Origin: Prevotella sp.
GTDB lineage: Bacteria > Bacteroidota > Bacteroidia > Bacteroidales > Bacteroidaceae
Length of the DNA stretch: 64,000 nt
Direction of reading: 5' to 3'
Assembly: GCA_016286575.1 (NCBI GenBank)
Contig: JAEETB010000003.1
Span: forward strand, 406-64,405
A program made the translations under genes and the position numbers. The first letter of the stretch is position 1. Each line of letters starts with the position of its first letter. Positions 20,777-30,142 of this stretch are shown here, in pieces. The notes under the pieces were generated by a model. That model did not search any database. It saw nothing but the letters and a program-made list of their open reading frames with translations, and was not told the DNA's origin.

Positions 20777-21655
20777 TTACAAATAGATTATCACGAAGAA
20801 CGAAGCAATCCAGCCTAGGATGCAGAGCTGGATGAAGTGGTCCTTGACGAGGGATTTTGTGGGGGAGCCGCTGAGGCCGAAGACAATCATGTTCTGGAGA
20901 TAGCGGAGGAGGCCTGCGAGAACCCAACCACTGGTGAGGTAGACATAACGGGTGCCCATTCGCTCGATAACCTCTGGCGACATGGTGTACATAATGTAGC
21001 AAACCAGTGTGACTGAGGCAATTATGGCTGTGGCCTCATTGATGAAAGTCTTGTTATAGCCAGTAATCGAGACGCGTGGTTTGGTGCCCGTCTGCTCATA
21101 GATGCGGTAGTCGTCATTTCGTTTGGTGAAGGCCAGGAAGAGGGCTACCAGAAAAGTCATCATCACCAGCCAATGGGAGATCCAAATGTCTGTCGTGACA
21201 CCTCCAGCCAATACGCGCATCACGAATCCGACGGCAATGATCGACACGTCGAGGATGGCAATCTGCTTCAGTCGAATGCAGTAGCCAATGTTCATCAGCC
21301 AGTAAGCTGCCACTATTATATATAAATAAGGTGTATTGGGGCTCATCGCCAGCGGAATCAATGCGAAGGATGCAATCGTACATAGCAACATCATTGCGTA
21401 ACCGCCTCTGACAGAGACTTTTCCGGATGCAATCGGGCGATGGCATTTCTTCGGATGCAGTCGATCTGCCTCAACGTCTCGGAGATCGTTGAAGCAATAA
21501 ATGGAACTCGAAATCATACAGAACGATGCAAACACTACGAGCGTGGGCCAAAAATAATCAGGCTTCAACAGATTGTTGCTGAAGAAGATAGGCGCAAAGA
21601 CGAATATGTTTTTGAGCCACTGCAGCGGCCTGAGCAGTTGAATGTAGTGTATCAT
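20777..21655 (-). CDS. UbiA family prenyltransferase, decaprenyl-phosphate phosphoribosyltransferase-like
   Basis: LLRPLQWLKN, YCFNDLRDVEADRLHPKKCHRPIASG, LKQIAILDV and KR motifs. Start at 21655, 5 nt after the -7 box. Confidence 0.88.
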   Translation of the reverse strand: MIHYIQLLRPLQWLKNIFVFAPIFFSNNLLKPDYFWPTLVVFASFCMISSSIYCFNDLRDVEADRLHPKKCHRPIASGKVSVRGGYAMMLLCTIASFALIPLAMSPNTPYLYIIVAAYWLMNIGYCIRLKQIAILDVSIIAVGFVMRVLAGGVTTDIWISHWLVMMTFLVALFLAFTKRNDDYRIYEQTGTKPRVSITGYNKTFINEATAIIASVTLVCYIMYTMSPEVIERMGTRYVYLTSGWVLAGLLRYLQNMIVFGLSGSPTKSLVKDHFIQLCILGWIASFFVIIYL

Positions 21656-21660
21656 CGCTG

Positions 21661-21771
21661 CAAAGATACGATTAAGTGAGCAGAAAACCAAATTTTATTT
21701 GAGTTTTCTCGAACGAGAGTATCTTCGAGCGGTAGCTCAAAGATACGAACAAGCGAGCAAAAATCAGAATT
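21661..21771 (+). repeat. Structured ~77-bp mini-element, copy A (plus a partial second unit), overlapping the ubiA promoter
   Basis: caaagatacga recurs at 21661 and 21738; two hairpins; aligns with the reverse complements of 56168-56251 and 54827-54901. Confidence 0.85.
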
Positions 21772-21931
21772 CTAAATAATGCATACACCACATACAATTA
21801 ATCATAATTAATTGAAATTCAATACGCAACAACATGTATCCAAATCTCAATCAAGTGTATGCAAATACCTTTTTCCACAGAAAAAGCCCAAAACATTTGG
21901 AAATCATCGATAAATTTAGTATCTTTGCACT

Positions 21932-22369
21932 ATGTTTGACTTCAATAAGATACCAGATTGGTGGGCTCTTTGCCCCAATAGTGATTGTGAGATGGCGAGG
22001 ACATGTCTTCGTCATCAGGTTTGTCTGCAAGTTCCACAGAAATATAAGCTGTGGACATGCGTTCTTCCTAACGCCATCGAGGATGGTAAGTGCAGATTTT
22101 ATCGAAAGGCTGAAAAAGTGACGATGGCTCAGGGCATCGCTGCTGTCTATAAGAATGTGCAGTCGCGCGAGGCTCGTTCTCAGATACGCTATGGTCTCAC
22201 GGCTCATCTTGGCAGTAAGGGCACGTACTATCGCTACAAGGATGGCGAGCGACTGATCGGTCCCCGATTGCAACAGGAGATTATCGACATCGTTCATCAA
22301 TATGCGCCAGGCGTGGAGGTCAACTTCGACAAAACGTTTGAGGACTACGACTTTACCAAGAACTATTAG
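21932..22369 (+). CDS. DUF6078-like Cys-rich small protein
   Basis: LCPNSDCEMARTCLRH...CRFY...TYYRYKDGERLI...Q pattern of this Bacteroidota family. ATG is 4 nt after TATCTTTG. Confidence 0.75.
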   Translation: MFDFNKIPDWWALCPNSDCEMARTCLRHQVCLQVPQKYKLWTCVLPNAIEDGKCRFYRKAEKVTMAQGIAAVYKNVQSREARSQIRYGLTAHLGSKGTYYRYKDGERLIGPRLQQEIIDIVHQYAPGVEVNFDKTFEDYDFTKNY

Positions 22370-22393
22370 GAAACCAGCAAGAAGGAGGCGATT

Positions 22394-22456
22394 TGTCCCA
22401 CCCCATGGGACACAATGTCCCACCCACTGGGACAAATAGTCCCACCCCATGGGACA
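22394..22456. repeat. Three 22-bp-period palindromes (TGTCCCA-N5-TGGGACA)
   Basis: Units start at 22394, 22416 and 22438, between DUF6078 and the VirE-like gene. Confidence 0.92.
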
Positions 22457-22477
22457 GATCTTAACCCCGTAGTAATT

Positions 22478-24559
22478 ATGAAGCTATCAATAGTTAGAAC
22501 AGACAAGAAAGGCGTCAGGCATCTGACAGTGAAATCCATTGAGTGGTTTCTGCAGCGAATCAAGACGGACACGAAGGCTGAGGATGTCGCCAAGTTCCGT
22601 CAGTATATTGCACGTTTTGGAGACACGGGCCGTTACGAGGATAACGTGCCTGTGGCCATCATCCATCCGTTGGTGGAAATGGTAAAGACAGAAAACGGCA
22701 ATCTCGAAATCACAACGTTTAACAGCCTGACTTGGTTGCATGTGGGCAATCTGATGAAGTCTGATGATGTCAATGCAGTGAAGGAGGCCTCGAAAATCCT
22801 TCCCACAACCTATGCTGCTTTCACAGGAGCAGATGGCAGAAGTGTGGAAATCTTAGTGTCTGTGGCTCAGAAGGATACGACAGCCAAGCCTATGACGGAG
22901 GTAGAGATGGATGCATTCTGCGAAATCGCCTACGAAGTGGCATTCGGAGCCTATAGTGGTGTGCTTCCGAAACCTATTGAACGTCAGACGGTTAAGGCGA
23001 GGTCATCTTTTAGAATGACGCTCGACGAAGCCCCCTATTACAATTCTCAGGCAACGCCAATGATGGTTCGGACTCTCAGAGAGACCACAAAGCCTGCAGA
23101 CAATCCAGAGAATGAACAGCGCGAAATGGACTATCGCCTTTACGAAGATTATGAACTGATCTACAAACAAGCTGCTCATGAAGCTTTTGAGGAGACGCTC
23201 GATATCGATGAGTCTGAACGATACGATGCCTACATCACCTTGCTTGCCCACAAACTTTGCGAGATGAACTTATCAGAGGAGGAAGCATTCGTTCATATAC
23301 GTAACCATCACGTTTACAAGAAGATATACGACGAGTCGAGAGTACGCGCCATCGTTAGTACTGCCTATTCCGAGGAGAATCCAAAGCACAGGAAAGAGGG
23401 TGAGATGGTCAGTGTTGAGACTCGCAGACTGATTGATTTTCTGAAGACCAGATATGTGTTCCGCTATAACGAGGTGATGGGCTATACTGAGTATCGTCCT
23501 AACAATACCTGGATGCAAGACTGGGCACCTTGCGATGAAAATGTCATCAACGGCATGACCATCGAGGCGCGTCTGTCGAATCTCGATGCGAAGGATAAAG
23601 ATGTGCGTCGCTATGTTCACTCGAACATGATTCGCAAGATTGATCCCATTGGCGACTATCTGGTCAATTGCTACAACAAATGGGATGGAAAAACGGACCA
23701 TATCGCGATGCTGGCGAGGTGCGTTCCTTGTCAGATTCCGCAGTGGGAAACTTGGTTCAAGAAGTGGTTTCTTTACATGGTGGCCCAGTGGATTATGCCT
23801 CAGAAAGAGTATGGAAACTCTGTAGTTCCCCTGCTGATATCGCCTCAGGGAGACGGAAAGACCACTTTCTGTCGAATGATTTTGCCCAAGCAACTCAGAT
23901 GGGGATTCCTCGAGAACCTCGATGTAAGCGAAAAACGAACGACGCTGCAGGCCATGCACAATTTCCTGCTCATCAACCTCGACGAATTCAATTCCATCAG
24001 TCCGAAGTTGCAGGAAGGATTCTTGAAGAATGTCATCCAACTGCCAAGCGTGAAAATCAAACGTCCATATGGTAAACATGTTGAGGAGTTCAAACGTTAC
24101 GCCTCTTTCATCGCCACAACGAACGAGATGAATGTGCTGAGTGATCCCTCTGGTAGCAGAAGATTCATCTGCGTGAGTCTGACAGCTCCAGTGAATACTG
24201 ACTACAAGCCAAACTATGAAGCACTCTATGGGCAGGCTTATAAGATGGTGCTCAACAGAGAGATGGATTGGTGGTTCAGTGCTGAGGAGGTGAAGGAAAT
24301 CATGGCGCACAATCGTCAGTATCAGCTGACGCCTCCAGCCATACAGTACTTCAACGAATACTATCAGCCAGCTGTTGATGAGACTGATGGCAAATGGCTA
24401 TCTCCTACAGCCATCTATGATCAGCTTCGTCTGATTGCAGGTGCTGGTCTCAAGGCCAATGGCGTATCCACCTTTGGACGATATCTCTGGAATATGCCTG
24501 AACTGCAGCATCGCAGAGTGGGTGGTGGTAAGCAGTATTTGGTTAAAAAGAAAGAATAG
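22478..24559 (+). CDS. VirE/VapE-like protein: BT4734-like N-terminal domain plus P-loop helicase-like domain
   Basis: AAFTGADGRSVEILV in the N-terminal domain, FRYNEV, Walker A SPQGDGKTT, Walker B LINLDEF, RPYG and ASFIATTN...DPSGSRRF. Start moved past the repeat array. Confidence 0.85.
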   Translation: MKLSIVRTDKKGVRHLTVKSIEWFLQRIKTDTKAEDVAKFRQYIARFGDTGRYEDNVPVAIIHPLVEMVKTENGNLEITTFNSLTWLHVGNLMKSDDVNAVKEASKILPTTYAAFTGADGRSVEILVSVAQKDTTAKPMTEVEMDAFCEIAYEVAFGAYSGVLPKPIERQTVKARSSFRMTLDEAPYYNSQATPMMVRTLRETTKPADNPENEQREMDYRLYEDYELIYKQAAHEAFEETLDIDESERYDAYITLLAHKLCEMNLSEEEAFVHIRNHHVYKKIYDESRVRAIVSTAYSEENPKHRKEGEMVSVETRRLIDFLKTRYVFRYNEVMGYTEYRPNNTWMQDWAPCDENVINGMTIEARLSNLDAKDKDVRRYVHSNMIRKIDPIGDYLVNCYNKWDGKTDHIAMLARCVPCQIPQWETWFKKWFLYMVAQWIMPQKEYGNSVVPLLISPQGDGKTTFCRMILPKQLRWGFLENLDVSEKRTTLQAMHNFLLINLDEFNSISPKLQEGFLKNVIQLPSVKIKRPYGKHVEEFKRYASFIATTNEMNVLSDPSGSRRFICVSLTAPVNTDYKPNYEALYGQAYKMVLNREMDWWFSAEEVKEIMAHNRQYQLTPPAIQYFNEYYQPAVDETDGKWLSPTAIYDQLRLIAGAGLKANGVSTFGRYLWNMPELQHRRVGGGKQYLVKKKE

Positions 24560-24663
24560 CGTGCGTTGGTTACACTAAGATATTGTCTTCATACACTTGA
24601 TTTTGTGTCTGAATATCAATAAGATACTTGTTTAGTGTATTCAATGTATTCAAAACTCAAAAA

Positions 24664-25524
24664 ATGAACATAATTATAGTTTCGATTATTCTCGCGATGG
24701 TTTCCGTTCTTGGTGCTTCAGCTCAGGCTCAGAAGGAATACCAACTGGTGTGGAGCGATGAGTTTGATGTCGATGGCGAGCCTTCGACGGAGTGGAGTTA
24801 TGAATATGGTTTCCAGCGCAATGAAGAGTTGCAATGGTATCAGTCGCAAAATGCCAAAGTGAAAGACGGTTGTTTGGTGATTGAGGCCAAGAAAGATTTC
24901 CTCATCAACCCCCATTACGAAGCTGGCAGTAGTGATTGGCGCAAGAATCGCGAATTCATCCGCTACACATCGAGTTGTCTGACGACCAGGTTCAGTCAGC
25001 AATTCCTTTACGGGCGTTTCGAGATTAGGGCGAAGATACCTGTGGCCTCTGGTGCCTGGCCTGCTATTTGGTTGTTGGGCAACAAATGGGAATGGCCGAA
25101 TAATGGTGAGATCGACATCATGGAGTATTACATCAAGGATGGCCAACCCTCGATTCTCGCTAATGCATGTTGGGGTTCGACGGAGAAATGGAAGGCCGTT
25201 TGGGATTCAGCTGTGATTCCCTTCACGCACTTTACTGAGAAAGATCCCTATTGGGCATATAAGTTCCACATCTGGCGCATGGATTGGGACAAGGAGTTCA
25301 TCCGCATCTATCTCGATGATGAGCTCCTGAACGAAATTGATCTTTCGAAGACTTTCAACGAAGGATATGAGGGTAATCGCGAGAATCCCTTCGCCAACGA
25401 TATCATAGGTTTCAAGCACTATCTCCTCTTGAATCTCGCTATCGGCTCCAACGGTGGCGAGCCTGATGACAGCCAGTTCCCACTCAGATACTATATTGAT
25501 TATGTGAGGGTGTATCAGAAATGA
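24664..25524 (+). CDS. GH16 beta-glucanase-like glycoside hydrolase, secreted
   Basis: Signal peptide, LVWSDEFD, YGRFEIRAK, WPAIWLL, catalytic EIDIME, IDYVRVYQ. Confidence 0.93.
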   Translation: MNIIIVSIILAMVSVLGASAQAQKEYQLVWSDEFDVDGEPSTEWSYEYGFQRNEELQWYQSQNAKVKDGCLVIEAKKDFLINPHYEAGSSDWRKNREFIRYTSSCLTTRFSQQFLYGRFEIRAKIPVASGAWPAIWLLGNKWEWPNNGEIDIMEYYIKDGQPSILANACWGSTEKWKAVWDSAVIPFTHFTEKDPYWAYKFHIWRMDWDKEFIRIYLDDELLNEIDLSKTFNEGYEGNRENPFANDIIGFKHYLLLNLAIGSNGGEPDDSQFPLRYYIDYVRVYQK

Positions 25525-27284
25525 GGAGTTCAGAAAAATACCGTTACGACCTGGATGTGCTGAAGGGCCTGGCCATAGTGGCTGTGGTGCTTTATCATGC
25601 GGGGTGGTGTAAGAGTGGTTACCTTGGGGTGGATGTGTTTCTTGTGCTTAACGGCTATTTTGTTGTGCCTCAGGTTATTAGGCAGATTAAAGAAAGACGT
25701 TTCCACTATTTCGACTTTTTGGAGAAAAAGCTGTTCAGACTGTTGCCTTTGGTGCTATTGATTAGCGGACTGTCATTGGCAATCGGCTATTGGGGGATGC
25801 TGCCAAATGACTTTCGCTTTCTGAGTGAAGAGGCTGTTGCTTCTTCCGTCTTTGGAAACAATATTCTTCAGGCTGTTACGACGCAAAATTATTGGGCTGC
25901 TATCTATCATAAAGTGCTGATGCACACATGGTTTCTGGGAGTGTTGATGCAGTTTTATGTCGTATTCCCCTTTTTGATGTTGCTGATGCGAAGTCGGATG
26001 AAGTTGGCTCTCGTATTACTGACATTATTGTCGCTTCTGTTTTATCTGTTGCCTATTGATACGATTGGCGATAAGTATTATCTGCTGCCATATCGTTTCT
26101 TCGAAATCGCGGTTGGAGGTATTGTTGCGCTTTATTCTCGGAGAAGAAGTTCGAGCCTAAGTTATCTGTCTCTAGGTTGTTTGCTCCTGATGATATTCTT
26201 TGGCGCATTTACGATTGGCGAACGCGAGATGCCTTATAATCTGGTGGGAGGCACCAATACGATTCGAGAGAGTTTTTTGCCAAGAGAGGTATTGCTGCTT
26301 TTAACTGTTTCATTTGCAATTGGTTATCTTCTTGCATCGAGTCGTGAGAGTAAAATCTCGTTCTTTGCTAAGCGTTCAAAGATTCTTGCTCCATTGGGAC
26401 GAATTAGTCTGAGTATATTCCTATGGCATCAGCCGCTATTTGCCTTTTATCGCTATTTTTTTGCTGATGAATTGTCGATATCAGTGTTGTTTACTCTGGT
26501 CATCATCACCTTGTTATTATCTGCTTTCACCTATTATATCATCGAGCGGCGACTTATGATCAGCAAAGTCTCACGAATCTGTTTGGTTCTAGCTTTCCTT
26601 GCTGTGAATGCCTTTGCTTTGTGGGTTTATCAACGGGGTGGGGTAGTTAGAGATGTTCCAGAACTCGATATATATGATGGTTCTGTAGATCCTACTGTTT
26701 TCGAGCGTTATACGGATCGTATTTATCAGTATGATCATGAATTCTCAGCTGATCAACCTATCAAGAAAATCTTGATTGTAGGCAACAGTTTTGCCAGAGA
26801 TTTTGCCAACATCCTTCTCCAATCACCCCAGCGTGATAGCATCCAACTTTCATACCACTATGGTATTGAGGACTGCCCCATAAGTCGTATTCGCCAATGT
26901 GACAGGATCTATTTCTTCGGATGGAGGCATCAAGTTCCTGATGTCATCTGGCAAAACCTCAAACACGGTGCAGAAGTCTGGGGGATTGGTACCAAGAATC
27001 ACGGTACCTGTAACGGAATCTTCTATAAGAACCGTTATCGCTCAGACTATTTCGCCCAGCGAACAACCATCCGAGAGGATTTCCACACCGTCAATCGCAT
27101 GCTCAAAGCCGAGTGGCAGGATAAATATGTCGATTTGCTCAGTCTGACATTACAATCATCAGATAACACAGTCCCGATTTTTACTGAAGATCAGCATTTC
27201 ATTACTTACGACGGTCTGCATCTGACTCCATCTGGGACTCGGTATTATGGTCAGTTGTTATCTGGTTTAGGATTTCCTTGGTAA
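25521..27284 (+). CDS. OatA/OafA-like O-acyltransferase (AT3 + C-terminal SGNH domain)
   Basis: RYDLDVLKG, GYLGVDVF, HTWFLGVLMQFY, GNSFA and YDGLH. Confidence 0.9.
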   Translation: MRSSEKYRYDLDVLKGLAIVAVVLYHAGWCKSGYLGVDVFLVLNGYFVVPQVIRQIKERRFHYFDFLEKKLFRLLPLVLLISGLSLAIGYWGMLPNDFRFLSEEAVASSVFGNNILQAVTTQNYWAAIYHKVLMHTWFLGVLMQFYVVFPFLMLLMRSRMKLALVLLTLLSLLFYLLPIDTIGDKYYLLPYRFFEIAVGGIVALYSRRRSSSLSYLSLGCLLLMIFFGAFTIGEREMPYNLVGGTNTIRESFLPREVLLLLTVSFAIGYLLASSRESKISFFAKRSKILAPLGRISLSIFLWHQPLFAFYRYFFADELSISVLFTLVIITLLLSAFTYYIIERRLMISKVSRICLVLAFLAVNAFALWVYQRGGVVRDVPELDIYDGSVDPTVFERYTDRIYQYDHEFSADQPIKKILIVGNSFARDFANILLQSPQRDSIQLSYHYGIEDCPISRIRQCDRIYFFGWRHQVPDVIWQNLKHGAEVWGIGTKNHGTCNGIFYKNRYRSDYFAQRTTIREDFHTVNRMLKAEWQDKYVDLLSLTLQSSDNTVPIFTEDQHFITYDGLHLTPSGTRYYGQLLSGLGFPW

Positions 27285-28032
27285 TCGCTCTTTCTAGGAT
27301 TGCATAACCATTGTCATTCAGATGCAATCTGTCGCTACGATAAAGCTTTTCCAGGTCTTTGTCACCATTATTATTCCATGATTGGTATCTGATGATGCTC
27401 ACTTTGTTTGCATAGTTTTTCTCACGAATCAACTCATCAAGCGCATCTCGGAATAATTGTTTGCAATCCAAAGGCGTGTCATTAATCATCATGGATAAGC
27501 GTCGCAATAACTTTCTGGAAGTTTTCTGTCTCTCGAAAGACATGTTGATGTCGTGGTTTGGTATTTCTTGAATAATGGGGTGGATATGATTGGACAAAAG
27601 AAACTGAATAATACCATCCATGCTCTGCTGATAATATGAGATGCCCATCTTTTTGTAGGTATCATTAATGCCAGCTGAGATATAACAAAACTCATATCGC
27701 CTTTTAGATAAGAAGAGCTTGAAATCACGGTTGTCAAAGATGTTTTCATAGATCTCCTTGCTTGTCAGGCCACAAACACCATACGAATGAACTTTAACAG
27801 GTCGATGAAGAGAATCCTGCAGCATCTGAGCAATCACACAATCGTGGTCCTTATGCATGAAAGCCCAACTGTCGCCAATAAATGCAATCCTCAGCGTGTC
27901 ATCTGGAGTTGCTCCCGTTTGATATGGCTGTCGCAGTTTTGGTGGGGCATAGTAGCGATAAAAGCTATATGCAACTCCGACAATGATACATATAGCAATG
28001 AAAATGCTTATATAGAGTAATGCTTTCCTCAT
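27202..28032 (-). CDS. SGNH/GDSL hydrolase with N-terminal membrane anchor
   Basis: FIGDSW, AGINDT and DRLHLN catalytic blocks. Confidence 0.88.
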   Translation of the reverse strand: MRKALLYISIFIAICIIVGVAYSFYRYYAPPKLRQPYQTGATPDDTLRIAFIGDSWAFMHKDHDCVIAQMLQDSLHRPVKVHSYGVCGLTSKEIYENIFDNRDFKLFLSKRRYEFCYISAGINDTYKKMGISYYQQSMDGIIQFLLSNHIHPIIQEIPNHDINMSFERQKTSRKLLRRLSMMINDTPLDCKQLFRDALDELIREKNYANKVSIIRYQSWNNNGDKDLEKLYRSDRLHLNDNGYAILERAITKEILNQITTDHNTESQMESDADRRK

Positions 28033-29084
28033 CGATTACCAGATAATATATTTTTGACTTTTGGGAAATATCTCTCAAGAAGGCAATAGAATCCGATGCT
28101 CAATAATGTCGCTACGATGACGCATGCGAAATATAGTAGGATATGGATATAATCAGGGGAATCGCTAAATTTTGATATACAGATTCTGCGCAGGAGTACA
28201 ACGAAGGGATAATGAACACAGAATACGATAAATGCAGAATTCGGTAATAATTTGCTGGTATACTCATGTCTTACACACCAATCTGCCAATAATAGTAATA
28301 CAGGAATGTTTAAGATTAATGAGATGCGATGAAGCTGAAGATTAATTGGTGTTTCAATCACTGTATGTGAGAAAATATCACCAACTGCAAATATGATAAA
28401 CAGAATAAATACAAGTTTCTTATTCTCTATGATTATTCTCAGCGGATTGATATCAAAGATAGAAAAGTATGCACCAAGACTGAAAAATAGAATAGTCTGT
28501 GGAATAAAAGCATTGTGATATGTTGTCAACCACCAAGCAGTAATGATAACAAGGAATAGCTCTCTCGCGTACCTTATTATATAATATATAAGTGGTGAAA
28601 GTATGGACATGATAAGCAGGTTACGAATATACCATAGTGGACATAGTATAGGAACAAAATTGCCATTATCATAGGATCCCCTATCCCAAAAGAGCCGTAG
28701 ATAGTCTGTAAATTGAAAATCTACCAGACTACCACCGTTAATGTTTTGCGAATATCCTAAAGCATAGGCTGCACCATACAGGGTTAACATGATCAAGTTC
28801 CATAGAATATATGGTATCAACAAAGTGTGAACTCTTCCCATGATTTTCTGTGTGTAGGTTTTCTTACTTAAAAAGAATAGGAATCCAGAAATAAAAAAGA
28901 ATCCTGGTACGCCCGTCTCTCCTAACCATAGTGAAAATGGATAAAGAACTCTGAAATAAGTATCATGACTACCCAACAATCTCTGCACTGAATAGCAGTG
29001 CAGCATGATGATGAGGAATATCAACGGAAAGCGCAGCCATGTTATAGCCTCTGAAAGACGTCTATTGTACTCTTTATCGTTCAT
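28029..29084 (-). CDS. Acyltransferase-3 family membrane protein
   Basis: LRFPLIFLIIMLH, VPGFFFISGFLFF, LLIPYILWN and PLWYIRNL. Confidence 0.9.
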   Translation of the reverse strand: MNDKEYNRRLSEAITWLRFPLIFLIIMLHCYSVQRLLGSHDTYFRVLYPFSLWLGETGVPGFFFISGFLFFLSKKTYTQKIMGRVHTLLIPYILWNLIMLTLYGAAYALGYSQNINGGSLVDFQFTDYLRLFWDRGSYDNGNFVPILCPLWYIRNLLIMSILSPLIYYIIRYARELFLVIITAWWLTTYHNAFIPQTILFFSLGAYFSIFDINPLRIIIENKKLVFILFIIFAVGDIFSHTVIETPINLQLHRISLILNIPVLLLLADWCVRHEYTSKLLPNSAFIVFCVHYPFVVLLRRICISKFSDSPDYIHILLYFACVIVATLLSIGFYCLLERYFPKVKNILSGNR

Positions 29085-30063
29085 GTAGGTATACTCTTGG
29101 AAGGTGTGTTATCTGATGTCTATTCTCGTTAGTTATACAACCACCATAAGAAGAGAAAACGGTTTTGAATCCGAATTCGCTGATGAGTTGATATTCTCGT
29201 TCTCCTATTTCGTTTGGGGAACCATAGGGATATGCAAAATGCTGGACAGACTTTCCTGTGACAGACTCTATCTTTCTTATATTATTGCTAATTTCTTTTC
29301 GGAAATCATCCTCACTGAGTTGGTTAAGTACGCAATGCGACACAGTGTGCCCTCCAATTGTACAAAGGGGATGGTTACTTAGTTCCTTAACTTGTTCCCA
29401 GGTCATAGCTTGTCGCCTGATGGGTTCATATAGATCAATGTTGTAACGAGCAAACATACTCTCAAGTGCTGTCTTTAGTTTGGCTGGGTCAAACAGTAGG
29501 ATGATTTGACGTAAGATTCGGAATACATCCCATTTTTCCTGAAATGTATGGCATTTGTATTCATTGGGGCCAATCTTTAATGTGTCATTCTTCAATATAA
29601 GATCTTCTAGAATATCCCACCATAAGATCGCCTTTTGATCGATGAAGTCTGAAGCGACAAAAATAGCAAACGGTACTTGTTGCCGCTCAAAGACAGGTAA
29701 GGCATGAGTATAGTTGTCTAAATAGCCGTCATCGATAGTAAAAGCTACAAAAGGTTGTTCTGGTTTTTCTTCAGAAGATATGATGTTAGCAAGTTGGTCT
29801 AAAGATACGAAAGTGAAACCTCGTTTTTTGTATTTGAGGATAATATCTTCCAGAAATATTGGAGATACTTTTAAGTCTTCGTTAGTGGGAATGCCATTCG
29901 GATTCTTCTCTGTGATGTGATGAAGCATATAGACAACCCCGATAGTTCCATCAACTTTATGCAGAAACCTGCTGATGGAAGTCAGCATCGGGTATTGCTC
30001 GCAAATAATATTCTGCCCGATATAATAATCCACTTTATGCCATATTTTTCCAATTATTCCCAT
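29074..30063 (-). CDS. Polysaccharide deacetylase (CE4)
   Basis: FTIDDGYLDN, GGHTVSH and FAYPYG. Confidence 0.92.
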   Translation of the reverse strand: MGIIGKIWHKVDYYIGQNIICEQYPMLTSISRFLHKVDGTIGVVYMLHHITEKNPNGIPTNEDLKVSPIFLEDIILKYKKRGFTFVSLDQLANIISSEEKPEQPFVAFTIDDGYLDNYTHALPVFERQQVPFAIFVASDFIDQKAILWWDILEDLILKNDTLKIGPNEYKCHTFQEKWDVFRILRQIILLFDPAKLKTALESMFARYNIDLYEPIRRQAMTWEQVKELSNHPLCTIGGHTVSHCVLNQLSEDDFRKEISNNIRKIESVTGKSVQHFAYPYGSPNEIGEREYQLISEFGFKTVFSSYGGCITNENRHQITHLPRVYLHER

Positions 30064-30082
30064 TAATCAGTCATATTTTCTG

Positions 30083-30121
30083 CAAAAATACAAGTTTTTT
30101 GGAAATTATTGGCTATATTTG
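30083..30121. promoter_or_regulatory. Divergent -7 promoter pair
   Basis: TATTTTTG (minus, 30083-30090) and TATATTTG (plus, 30114-30121). Confidence 0.72.
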
Positions 30122-30142
30122 CAGAATAAAAATCATAAGTCG

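Larger units (their letters stand above)
21781..24651. mobile_element. Putative DUF6078 + VirE-like module bounded by related ~80-bp inverted sites
   Basis: 13-bp perfect IR aatcaagtgtatg (21849-21861) / catacacttgatt (24590-24602), matching cores attgaaattca (21811) / tgaatatcaat (24610), TACAC-like boxes at both ends. No integrase seen. Confidence 0.5.

Noticed and set aside
22394-22456. Possible mini-CRISPR array
   Set aside because: Only 3 bp lie between palindromes, with no unique spacers and no cas genes. Kept as a binding-site-like array.
22415-22477. Extended N-termini given by the ORF track (also 1856, 5387, 14960, 21691, 31970, 45938, 48902, 50996, 56112)
   Set aside because: They run through promoter boxes, repeats or neighbouring genes; downstream ATGs match family N-termini.
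23273-24310. 345-aa ORF antisense to the VirE-like gene
   Set aside because: No recognisable motifs or promoter; consistent with a codon-bias shadow frame.
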